Assembly: GCF_001194135.2 (NCBI RefSeq)
Contig: NC_068988.1
Coordinates: 47,837,927 to 47,874,424 of the forward strand
DNA: 36,498 bases
Origin: Octopus bimaculoides
Lineage: Eukaryota
Reading direction: 5' to 3'
Below are positions 24,560-35,424 of the stretch, piece after piece (the stretch's first letter is position 1; each line of letters begins with the position of its first letter). The position numbers were made by a program, and so were the translations under genes. The notes beneath the pieces are model-generated. The model was not told the DNA's origin. It did no database searches and worked only from the letters and a program-made list of their open reading frames with translations.

Positions 24560-24890
24560 TATTATTTTTATGGCTATTATTATTATTATTATTATAGACA
24601 TCGCACAGTATACAATATCATGAGGTTGTTCATTGAAGACATTGTGTCTCCCAGGAATCTGTACTGTTTGTCAGTTTACAACAAGGACTTCAGACAGACA
24701 GTACTTTACACAATATGCATGCAGTTCCAAGTAATGCCAACTTTTGCAATACATCAAGATTGTAGAGTATGTCTAAGATTTTCAGATGTTTTTTTTCAGA
24801 TTGGGTAGTATTGTACCTAATGCTCTGATGACAACAGGGATAACCTTTATGTTTGACTCTCTCATAGCTACCACATCTTAGCAATCACAA
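24500..24890 (-). mobile_element. 5'-truncated R4/Dong-like RLE retrotransposon remnant flanked by (TAA)n on both sides
   Basis: Minus strand: ESNIKVIPVVIRALGTILPNL / KKHLKILDILYNLDVLQKLALLGTACILCKVLSV*; (TAA)n tail at 24500-24594 and TAA repeats again at the 5' junction (about 24890-24907). Confidence 0.9.
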
Positions 24891-25629
24891 TTATTATTAC
24901 TATTATTGTTGTTGTTGTTGTTGTTGTTGTTGTTATTTCAAGATTTCAGAGACGTTTGGTCGTTAGTTTGCACAGTTTGTATCACCGCAGAAATGTTTTA
25001 TCAAAGAAAGCCTTTATTCGAATCTTGGTGATTCCAAAGTTAAATTTGGTTAAGTTTGAACTGAAGACAGTGAATATTTTGGCTGATAATTTACCAACTC
25101 TGTTGCAGCACTTCTCTTAAACATTATTGTTGTTGTTGTTGTTGTTGTTGTAAAACCATAATGATAATATCAATAACAACAACAAAAAAGAGTGAAAATA
25201 AAGGATATAACTTTAAAAAGTTAAAAGTGATAACAGAAACAAATCTTGAATTAAATCTAAAAAAAATTCAGATTCTGGCAACCGTTATGACAATTTCAGT
25301 TTCAGACTTTGAGCAATCATTAACAAACTCTATTGGTTGCTTAAGGCGATGTGTATCTTTAATTTCTATTTGCCTTCTCAACAATCAGTGTATTGTTACA
25401 TTTTTTCTTGTTGCTTCTTTTCTGATTTATATTTTTAAACTGTGTCTTCATTGTGAAAATATTGTACTTTTGTGAGGAATCGATGCAGCCAATGTTACAC
25501 TGAAAGTCAAGCATTTGTCAGTGTGTGGCTGTCCAACAGTATGTATGCGTATATGTGTAAGTGCAAGTGTGTCTATACATATATATATATATATATCTTC
25601 ATTTTTATACATGTGTATGTATGTACAGT

Positions 25630-26017
25630 GGAGACGCAATGGCCCAGTGGTTAAGGCAGTGGACTCACGGACATAAGATCATGGTTTCAATTCCCAGACC
25701 AGGCGTTGTGAGTGTTTATTGAGCGAATACACCTAAAGCTCCACGAGGCTCCGGCAGGGGATGGTGGCAAACACTGTTGTACTCTTTCACCACAACTTTC
25801 TCTCGCTCTTACTTCCTGTTTCTGTTGTGCCTGTATTTCAAAGGGCCAGCCTTGTCACACTGTGTCACACTGAATATCCCCGAGAACTATGTTAAGGGTA
25901 CACGTGTGTGTGGAGTGCTCAGCCACTTGCACGTTAATTTCACGAGCAGGCTGTTCCATTGATTGGATCAACTGGAACCCTCGACGTCGTAAGCGACGGA
26001 GTGCAATCAATAACAAC
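25630..26017 (+). mobile_element. tRNA-derived SINE (family C), full length
   Basis: Head ggagacgcaatggcccagtggttaagg (A box) and ggtttcaattccc (B box); 3' module shared with 28361-28545; ends in (AAC)-like repeats. Confidence 0.88.
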
Positions 26018-26233
26018 ATGTATGTACAAGTGCTTATATACAAAGCTACACATACACACACGCACACGCATGCACACACACGTATATATTATAATGTACA
26101 CACAGGGTGTGATATGTAAATTATCACCATTTTATATTTTTAATTTCCCGCATGAACATTATTTGGTTTTAATTTTGTCGAATACACAGTTTAGTAAGGT
26201 CAGTTGGGTACCATCCGTGAGGAGAACAGCACC

Positions 26234-26820
26234 ATGAAACAATTCCCTCTACCAGGGATTTTGAAACAACATGCTGTACTGCTTGGCCTTTGTGCCAGAA
26301 GCTCCAATACAAACATTTCAGAGTGTTTGGGTGTCAATCTTAGGACAGTGTATGTACCGAGAGTGATACAAATCCCAAATCCAGATAACATCATATCATG
26401 GTGTTTAGAGTGATCCCTAGTGATGGCGACATTATACCTCCATTCATCTTCCCACACGGCCTCACACTCATCAGAGGGGCCTACATCAAGTGCCTGGAAG
26501 AGGTAGTGCTTCCCTGTGTCAAGAGGGTCTCTGCCAGAAACCTTATGTGTGGTAACAGGACTCTGCATTCTGCCACACAAGCAGGAGAACCCAGTCATGA
26601 CTGTCAGACAATTTCTGCGATCACATCACCTCTAACATCTGGCCACCTAACTCCCCAGATTGCACCCCACTTGATTATTATGTGAGGGGTGCAGTTGAGT
26701 GAGAGACCAACAGAACTCCTTGTAATGCCGAAGATGAACTGAAGGCAAGGATCATGGCAGCATTCACCAACTTAAACAAGGAGATCGTCCAGAAGAGTTG
26801 CAGGTGCTTCTGAGGTCATA
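26234..26820 (+). mobile_element. Internally deleted Tc1/mariner transposase pseudogene, DD37D (maT-type)
   Basis: MKQFPLPGILKQHAVLLGL…LGVNLRTV, then MVFRVIPSDGDIIPPFIFPHGL…, then QDSAFCHTSRRTQS*LSDNFCDHITSNIWPPNSPDCTPLDYYV…ELKARIMAAF. There are 37 residues between the D at 26559 and the D at 26673. Contains stops and frameshifts. Confidence 0.9.
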
Positions 26821-26851
26821 CATACATACAAACAAAAATACATACATTCAT

Positions 26852-26997
26852 AGGTGTAGAAGTGGCTGTGTGGTAAGCAGCTTGCTTACGAACTACATAG
26901 TTCTGAGTTCAGTCCTACTGCGTGGCACCTTGGGCAAGTGTCTTCTACTATAGCCTTGTGAGTGGATTTGGTAGACAGAAACTGAAAGAAGACTGTC

Positions 26998-27082
<85 letters not shown>

Positions 27083-27292
27083 TGTGTATGTGTGTGTGTC
27101 TGTGTTTGTCCCCCCAACGTCGCTTGACAACTGATGCTGGTGTGTTTACGTCTCCGTAACTTAGCGGTTCAGCAAAAGAGACTGATAGAATAAGTACTAG
27201 GCTTACAAAAGAATAAGTCCTGAGGTTGATTTGCTTGACTAAAGGTGGTGCTCCAGCAAGGCCACAGTCAATTGACTGAAACAAATAAAAGA
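26852..27292 (+). mobile_element. Full-length SINE family A with expanded internal (TG)n (about 27001-27100)
   Basis: Head, body and tail match 32536-32940. Confidence 0.95.
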
Positions 27293-27603
27293 AGGAAAAA
27301 GTATACATACATACATGTATACACAGCTATAGCTATAGATACACAGACACACACATAATATATAGGTAGATAGGGCAAATCCCAGTTGCTTCCGCTTGAA
27401 ATGTATCTGCTTATTACATTATCACCGTCAATATGTATCCATTATTACTGTTGTATGTAAATCAAAATATATATTAAAGTGCACATAGTTATATATATAT
27501 ATATTTTATACTTATGAAAATAAACATATATCTACATGTATATACATGTATGTGCATATCATCACCATTTAACAACCATGTTCCATGCTGGCATATGTTA
27601 GAT

Positions 27604-27765
27604 CAGTTGGTTCCCAAAGTGGGCAGTATTACCCTAGGGGCAATAGAATATTCCAAGGGGGCATTGAAGAAAAGTGGGTCGATAATGGGGTAGCGATTCA
27701 TGTAAAAACAACAAAATGATGGGTTCATTAGGTTAAGTTTTATTTGTGAAATACAGTTGCTTTAG
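27604..27765. mobile_element. Possible hAT/MITE left-end fragment
   Basis: Begins cagttggttcccaaagtggg, resembling CAGTGGTTCYCAA-type TIRs; no right TIR found. Confidence 0.4.
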
Positions 27766-27887
27766 TTCTCATTCCTAAGGTATTTCTCAATGTTATTATT
27801 ATTATTATTATTCAGGTCACTGCTTGGAATCAAACATAGAATCTTGGGGTTAGTAGCCTTCACTCTTAACCACTACGCCACATGCCC
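27765..27887 (-). mobile_element. tRNA-like head with (AAT)n (SINE family D, or 3' region of the adjacent Penelope-like element)
   Basis: Minus strand gggcatgtggcgtagtggttaagag (A box)…gtttgattcc (B-box-like), then gacctg(aat)n. Confidence 0.75.
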
Positions 27888-27953
27888 ATGGGTAATTATG
27901 GAGTGAATTTTAAGGCTTATAAATTTAATATTTTCCTATCCTTCCTTAATATT

Positions 27954-28325
27954 CTATTCATATCCGCACTCGGTCTGCTTAGGAGGTTGTTGTGTCCTAA
28001 CATGTGCTGCTTCGTTTAGTTTCCGTATTTTCCAGTGGTGTTCTCTGTCTATTATTTTAACTTCATTGCACAGGGGAAGGTGGTCTCCATTTTTCCATAC
28101 AGGATCAGCTATACCTGATTTATCAATAACTCCGTGTGTCACAGCTTTGCGATGTTCCTCTACCCTTATTTTGAGGGGACAGCATGTTTTGCCTTTGTAT
28201 AACCTACCACAGCTGCATGAGATGGAGTACACGCAGTCCTTGGTCCTATTCTCTTCTATTGCTAGTTTTACTCAAAGGAGATATTTGCGAAGTGTTGTAT
28301 TACTCTTGAATAGAGTATGGAATCT
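27954..28325 (-). mobile_element. Penelope-like element C-terminal GIY-YIG endonuclease remnant
   Basis: FHTLFKSNTTLRKYLL*VK…TKDCVYSISCSCGRLYKGKT…LKIRVEEHRKAV…KSGIADPVW…HLPL…EVKIIDREHHWKIRKLNEAAH; this matches the PLE pattern VY.I.C.CG..Y.G.T…R..EH…KS…H…V.I.D.E…R…EA. Confidence 0.9.
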
Positions 28326-28360
28326 GTAGTTCACACTGAGTCATGTGACTGATTATCTTA

Positions 28361-28668
28361 CTGGCACTTTGTTGGTTACAATGACAAAGGTTCCAGTTGA
28401 TCTGGTCAACCTTACAGCTTGCTCATGAAATTAATGTACAAATAGCTGAGTACTCCACAGACACATGTATCTTTAACATAGTTCTCATTAAGATTCAGCT
28501 GAAACAGAATATAACAAGGCTGGCCCTTTTGGAATACAGATACTGACCAGGCTGGAACAATGTGAAATAAAGTCTCTTGCTGAAAGATGTTACACGCCAC
28601 TGGGAATCGAACTCATGACCTTATATTTGTGAGCTGAATACACAAACCACTAAGCCACGTGCCCTCAC
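28361..28668 (-). mobile_element. tRNA-derived SINE (family C-prime: different head, same 3' module as family C)
   Basis: Minus-strand head gagggcacgtggcttagtgg…gagttcgattccc, CORE-like gcaagagactttatttcac, then aagggccagccttg…gagaactatgttaa…tgtggagtactcagc…ttaatttcatgagca…atcaactggaacc. Confidence 0.85.
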
Positions 28669-29029
28669 TATGATTATGATTACTTTATTTAGTCTAGATA
28701 AAATTGCCACTAACCTAGAGCTCAACAGTAGCCTTCATGGATAAAGGACCCAACCCAAAATGTTATATTATTTCTTTTTGACAAAGAACAATTAATATAT
28801 TTCCATTTCATTTATATATTTATATTTTTGCTATTTCAAAGAATCAACAAAGAACAAATATAAAACGATACGAAGATGCACTAAGATATTTCTAGAATAT
28901 AAACAAAATGGGAAAACCAACATCATCACAATGTGAAGCAACTGAAAAAGAAAAAAGAATAGAAAAACAGAATAAATAACTGCTGACACAGTGAATGTTA
29001 TATGGGACAAAAGTATAGTAAAATTAAGT

Positions 29030-29066
29030 TGATGATGATGACGAGGAGCATGATGATGATGATGAA

Positions 29067-29114
<48 letters not shown>

Positions 29115-29145
29115 GATGATGACATTGATGGTGATGATGGTGGAT
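29030..29145. repeat. (GAT)n microsatellite
   Basis: Direct reading. Confidence 0.95.
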
Positions 29146-29319
29146 GAAATCATTTTCTAAAATATGGTTTTAAACATTAAGATCTCAGACAATTATTTTA
29201 AATACTTTTAATATATTTTTTTTACTTGCGGAGGGTGGATATTAGCATTTTTTTTTTTTACATGGTATAAATTTTGTTCATTTATTAGTATCGTGTGATC
29301 TCCCTCTTCCTCTCTTTCC

Positions 29320-29364
<45 letters not shown>

Positions 29365-29879
29365 NNNNNNNNNNNNNNNNNNNNNNNNNNNNNNNNNNNN
29401 NNNNNNNNNNNNNNNNNNNNNNNNNNNNNNNNNNNNNNNNNNNNNNNNNNNNNNNNNNNNNNNNNNNNNNNNNNNNNNNNNNNNNNNNNNNNNNNNNNNN
29501 NNNNNNNNNNNNNNNNNNNNNNNNNNNNNNNNNNNNNNNNNNNNNNNNNNNNNNNNNNNNNNNNNNNNNNNNNNNNNNNNNNNNNNNNNNNNNNNNNNNN
29601 NNNNNNNNNNNNNNNNNNNNNNNNNNNNNNNNNNNNNNNNNNNNNNNNNNNNNNNNNNNNNNNNNNNNNNNNNNNNNNNNNNNNNNNNNNNNNNNNNNNN
29701 NNNNNNNNNNNNNNNNNNNNNNNNNNNNNNNNNNNNNNNNNNNNNNNNNNNNNNNNNNNNNNNNNNNNNNNNNNNNNNNNNNNNNNNNNNNNNNNNNNNN
29801 NNNNNNNNNNATATATATATATATATATATATATAAATGCATATAGTGTATGTGAATATGAATACATTTATATGCATAT

Positions 29880-29917
<38 letters not shown>

Positions 29918-30334
29918 GCATGGATACATATGTACGTGCATACATATATACATACATGCTTGTATACATGTGTATATGCATGTAAATACATCAAAGCTAA
30001 AATATATAATCGTATGGTTGCATATTTCTCAGGGTGTGCGTGTATATCTATGAACATGTGTATAATGTAACGAGAATGTAACAAGAATTTTTGGCACGTG
30101 TGTATATATTTTTCTGTATAAGAATGGGAATAAAAACACACACAATTACAGACATAAACACAAAACAAGGATTTAGTTTAAAGCTAAATGTTTCCAGTAA
30201 ATACAAGTTTATGTATTGGCATATATTTATGTGCACACACACGCACACACACACACATGTAAAAATGCATATATATATATAAATACGGGTATCTATCTGC
30301 CACCTTCTCTCTCTCTCTCTGTCTATATATATGT

Positions 30335-30373
<39 letters not shown>

Positions 30374-30855
30374 NNNNNNNNNNNNNNNNNNNNNNNNNNN
30401 NNNNNNNNNNNNNNNNNNNNNNNNNNNNNNNNNNNNNNNNNNNNNNNNNNNNNNNNNNNNNNNNNNNNNNNNNNNNNNNNNNNNNNNNNNNNNNNNNNNN
30501 NNNNNNNNNNNNNNNNNNNNNNNNNNNNNNNNNNNNNNNNNNNNNNNNNNNNNNNNNNNNNNNNNNNNNNNNNNNNNNNNNNNNNNNNNNNNNNNNNNNN
30601 NNNNNNNNNNNNNNNNNNNNNNNNNNNNNNNNNNNNNNNNNNNNNNNNNNNNNNNNNNNNNNNNNNNNNNNNNNNNNNNNNNNNNNNNNNNNNNNNNNNN
30701 NNNNNNNNNNNNNNNNNNNNNNNNNNNNNNNNNNNNNNNNNNNNNNNNNNNNNNNNNNNNNNNNNNNNNNNNNNNNNNNNNNNNNNNNNNNNCACATTAT
30801 ATAATTTTCTACTGTCTATATGCATATATGTGTTTATACATATAGGAAAACATAC

Positions 30856-30891
<36 letters not shown>

Positions 30892-30895
30892 GTGC

Positions 30896-30932
<37 letters not shown>

Positions 30933-31050
30933 CATATGTGTATATGTACAAATGTACATATGTATATTTGTATATATATATATATATATATATACACATA
31001 CACACATACATACACACATGTGTATATGGGTGTATATTATACACACATTA
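29320..31050. repeat. (TATC)n/(AT)n/(TG)n low-complexity block with two assembly gaps (29365-29810, 30374-30792)
   Basis: Direct reading; the long ORFs listed here are N-run or microsatellite artefacts. Confidence 0.9.
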
Positions 31051-32535
31051 AGGCAAAAATTTCTTTTTTAGTCATAACATTTTTTTTAGTTCAACATTTT
31101 AACACTAAGATTTATTTGGTTCTTTCTATAATTGGAATGCTTGTACTTTTAGTGAGTACTTCCATCTTAAGAAAGATTTAAAATATTTATAACAATCATT
31201 GCTTTGCCCCAAGTCAGCCTTGTCTGAACAGACTTATGATCAAAGATATTTTACGATGATCATTTTTCTTCTCCTTAGACATAATATGTTCCAGAGTGCA
31301 TTACCCTATGTGATCTGTATTTAATACAGCAGATATTTTGTTGATATTTCTAATTACTGAAGTGATCATACAGCGGTTTCTTCCCACATGTAGCGCATGT
31401 ATAGTGTATATTATATATAGTATACTTAGCTATATTTGTTGTTTAAACTTTTAGCATTCAGTTTTTTCTATCAAATGTAATGCTTATTTATTCATATTGT
31501 TTTGAATTATTCATGTGTAGCAGAAGCATGTTCACTCTTTACTTTTAGCTGTCCACATTGTGCCTTTTTACCTTCAGGTACGCATTTTAGTTTATCGTGT
31601 AATGTTAAGTCTGTTTAACTTTATACGGACTGTCCACCCCTTAACATGATAGATTAGTCAAACTTCCTTACATCAGCTATTTAAGAGATGATTTTTCCCC
31701 CCTGATTCCTTAGCGGGGTGAGTTGGCTATGAGCGAGTTGTATCTCCAACAATGAAAGCCGTGTATTCCACCTTGCAGCTTCAGCAAGAAGCAATTTGTA
31801 ACTAGGATCTTTAACGCTATGTTTTGCACTTCTTCTAACATTTATCTTCAAATTTGCGAAATATTTTGAAACCATGTAATGTTTTTAACAGCATTCTAAT
31901 TGTTGCGTCAGTTGATGTATTCATGTTACCATCAGAAATAAATGTTGCAGGGCAGTCAATTTTAACTTGCATTTGTATTTTCTTATTGATATTTATCCAG
32001 ACTTACATTAACCAGAAGACATAACATTATCAGGGTTATGGCCTCATTGCATTCATCACTAAATGTGCATTATCTTGAAGCTTTGAGAATTTGATGTGAT
32101 TGCTTATTTTTAGAATGGCATTGTAACGTTATAAGGAAGGTCTGATAGATGAGATCTAACCAGAAAGAACATAAAACTGGTAGAATATTTGAGTGGATAT
32201 GGCTGCTTTTAATTCTAAAGGGTTACTTTCTGTCTAAGCTTCAAATGTTTATTAAATGAATAGTGCATCTAATATTATATTAGCTCACAAATACTTTCTT
32301 TTCAAAGCTACTAGGGCATGAACTGAGGAAGATTTGGCTGCTATTTCTAGTATGGAAAATTAAACAACAGTAACAATGATCATTAAGAATATGCATATAA
32401 AAGCAAAAGCTATGGAGTATTTTCAGTATTTTCTCGTCAGTTTTGTTTCAACTTCAACTGGAACTTTGGGACCAATATATTGTGAATGGAATTTTGTAGA
32501 CAAGCATAGCAAGGCAGACTGTCAAATAAATTAAT

Positions 32536-32940
32536 AGGCGTATGAGCGGCTGTGTGGTAAGTAGCTTGCTTACCAACCACATGGTTCCGGGTTCAGTCCC
32601 ATTGCGTGGCATCTTGGGCAAGTGTCTTCTACTATAGCCTCGGGCCGACCAAAGCCTTGTGAGTGGATTTGGTAGACAGAAACTGAAAGAAGCCCGTCGT
32701 ATATATGTATGTGTGTACGTATTTGTGTGTCTGTGTTTGTCCCCCCAACATCGCTTGACAACCGATGCTGGTGTGTTTACATCCCCGTAACTTAGTAGTT
32801 CGGCAAAAGATACCGATAGAATAAGTACTAGGCTTCCAAAGAATAAGTACTGGGGTCGATTTGCTCAACTAAAGGCGCTGCTCCAGCATGGCCACAGACA
32901 AAAGACTGAAACAAGTAAAAAGAGTAAAAAGAGTAAAAAA
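32536..32940 (+). mobile_element. Full-length, well-preserved SINE family A
   Basis: Head aggcgtatgagcggctgtgtgg, B-box-like gggttcagtccc, tail (GTAAAAAGA)n; retains many CpGs. Confidence 0.95.
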
Positions 32941-33354
32941 AAAGAAGAGAATATAAAAAAAAAACCTAGAATGATAACAGCATGTACTATGCTGTTGCAC
33001 CTGTTTTGGGGTCTCACGTTGTTTTGAGCAAACACGGATACACTTCTGTGCCTTAAACAATTGATCCAGTAGTGCATGAAAGATACAACAACTGAGGAGA
33101 GAAAGGGCTTTATTCTTGTACTTTGACTGGTATTTTAGTGAGGTTGGAAGTACAGGAGACAGTGGGATTTGAACACAGAGTGCAAGAAACTAGAATAAGT
33201 ACTTCAAGGTATTTTGTTTTATGAATTAATTAGTTTGATTATTCTCTACCTAAAACTGACTCACACAGGCATGCATGCGTGGAATGAGGCTGAATCCAAA
33301 GCAAGCTATTATCTGTACCTACTGATGGCCTAATTTCCTAAATAACAGATCATG

Positions 33355-33615
33355 TCCATGTGTGTGTGTATATGTGTGTGTGCATGTGTTTAGATGTGTA
33401 TGTATGTGTGTACATGTATGTGTGTACAGGTATGTGTGTGTGTGTGTGCATTTGTGTGTGTGCGTTTGTGTGTGTGCATGTGTGTTTATGTGTGTGTGTG
33501 TGCACATGTGTGTACCTGTGTGTTTGTATGTGTGTATGTGCATGTGTGTGTGTGCATGTGTGCATACATGTGTGTGCATGTGTGTGAGAGTGTGGGTGGG
33601 GGTGGGGGTGCATGC
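33355..33615. repeat. Imperfect (TG)n microsatellite
   Basis: Direct reading. Confidence 0.95.
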
Positions 33616-34672
33616 ACCCACATGCACATGTGCATATGATTATAAAATGATTTTATAGCACAACACCTTCTGGCAAGTATCACATTGAAATTGATGAACT
33701 AGAAACCCTGCAATTTACAACAAGATCTCTTCATGGCAATAACAGCAACACTAAGTTGAGATTTAGTAAAAGCAATAATTGAACCAAAAAATAGAAATAT
33801 GGCCATTCACATTAAAAAAATCAGCCAAAATATGTTAAAAAATTCAGCCAAAAAGATTTCCTGAAGAGAAAGTTAAGTAATTAGAAGTGAGAATTTTGAA
33901 ATAGAAATGGTGATTAAAAAAGGCCTGCCAACTGTAAATTGAAAAGCATATCCTATTTAAATGGCCAACAGGGCCATATTAAATGTCATGTGATGAATGC
34001 AGGTCTAAATTTAATTGCAGCATATATTATGATGGAATCTATACTTAAATTGTCAGTCCCCAAATTGTTTCAACTTAAAATTTTTAACTCTCTTTAGTCT
34101 TTACAGCATCAAACATTGACATGAAATAGAAATGAATTGATTGAAGCTGTTAGAAATACTCTCAATGAAAAATACTAATGATAATGTTAAGTCATGTTTT
34201 TTCTTAACTTTGTAAACATGTATGAAGTACATCATGTTGTCAAGTTGAAATAATTTATAGCAAATTAGGAATATGTATAAAGGAAAAAACTTCCAAGTGA
34301 AAAATCAGCTACCAAATATCATTAAATGTAACACTAACAATACTTGAAGTGCGAGAAAAAAGAAAAAAAAAACATGCTTCTTATTTAACCTTTAATGTAA
34401 ATTAAATTATTTAAATGCTTCACAAAATTAATGGTTCCAAACACTGAATAAATAAACAATTTAATTTTCATTAAATTCGTATTTTATTTTTCTTTTATTT
34501 AAAAATCTAACAATTATTTTGGAATAAATTTCAAATGCAAAGTGTAAGAACTATTATGGGAAAAAGGTAGTTATATGTATAAAACATATACTAATGCAGT
34601 AATGGTGTACTGAATATATTAGTAGTGTTATCTTATATATAAAATTCCTATCATATTAAATGTATATACAGC

Positions 34673-34716
34673 AGAGTTTAGGATTCCTGGCTTTCACCAG
34701 GTGACCTGGGTTCGAT
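34673..34716 (+). pseudogene. tRNA-Glu(TTC)-derived fragment (D-arm 3' half to T-loop); not a functional tRNA
   Basis: gtttaggattcctggctttcaccaggtgacctgggttcga closely matches the metazoan tRNA-Glu(TTC) internal sequence as I recall it (GGTTAGGATTCCTGG[C/T]TTTCACCCAGG…CCCGGGTTCGA). Anticodon stem cctgg/ccagg with a 1-nt-short loop; acceptor stem and T-stem 3' strand are absent. Confidence 0.75.
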
Positions 34717-34937
34717 AGGGGCTGTAGAGAACTTTGTGAGGAATCTGGATGGTCAGGAACAGGTGGTCCTGACCTGCATTAAAGGCTTGGATTGGGCTCC
34801 GCAGGTGGCTGCGGAGGTCACAGCAAAAAATTATTTCTACATGGTGATAGATTCCTTTACCAAGGATGAATACAATGATCTCTTAATGATCCTGGCTTGC
34901 GACTGCAGGCAGCAAGAGACTTAATCGGGGAGGTAGA

Positions 34938-35083
34938 GTAAGAAGTCTTAGTGCCTCGATTTGAACTTGGTGATTTGGGTAAGAGGCTTAGTGCCTCAAG
35001 TTGAATATATTTGGTGAATTTTTTTGATTGGTAAGAGGCTCAGTGCCTCAATTTGTAACTGTAAGAGGTTCAACACCTCATTT
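34938..35083 (+). repeat. Array of four GTAAGAGGY-N5-RCCTC-A-TTG hairpin units
   Basis: Units start at 34938, 34979, 35031 and 35061; stems are GAGGC/GCCTC (twice) and GAGGT/ACCTC; the first unit is degenerate. Confidence 0.85.
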
Positions 35084-35250
35084 GTTTTTTTAAAAAAGAA
35101 CAATGTTATCAGGAAGTAACAATCGGCGGGCATTGACTGCTTCCCCCACCAAACATCTCTTTTTCCATTCCATCATCATTATTGTGTCTGTGTCCAGCCT
35201 GCAAGCTTCCATTAGTATTATGCCTTTATGGCAAATGTAATGAAATAAAG

Positions 35251-35389
35251 GAGCCTGTTTCCCAACCGCATGGTTCCAGGTTCAGACCCACTGAGTGACA
35301 CATGGGCAAGTATCTTCTACTATAGTCTCAGGCTGACTAGAGCCTTCTGAGTGGATTTGGGAGATAGAAACTGAAAGAAGCCTGGCACA

Positions 35390-35424
<35 letters not shown>

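Noticed and set aside
31681-31875. 64-aa minus-strand ORF with raised CpG
   Set aside because: Possibly an old repeat, but no family motif recognised.
32976-32996. 8-bp hairpin AACAGCAT-gtact-ATGCTGTT
   Set aside because: Isolated; several such stems are expected by chance in 30 kb of AT-rich DNA.
34673-34716. Functional tRNA-Glu gene
   Set aside because: Acceptor stem and T-stem 3' strand are missing and the anticodon loop is one nucleotide short.
34938-35083. CRISPR-like repeat-spacer appearance
   Set aside because: Eukaryotic context, no cas genes, spacers of 2-25 nt that resemble each other; a degenerate tandem hairpin array instead.
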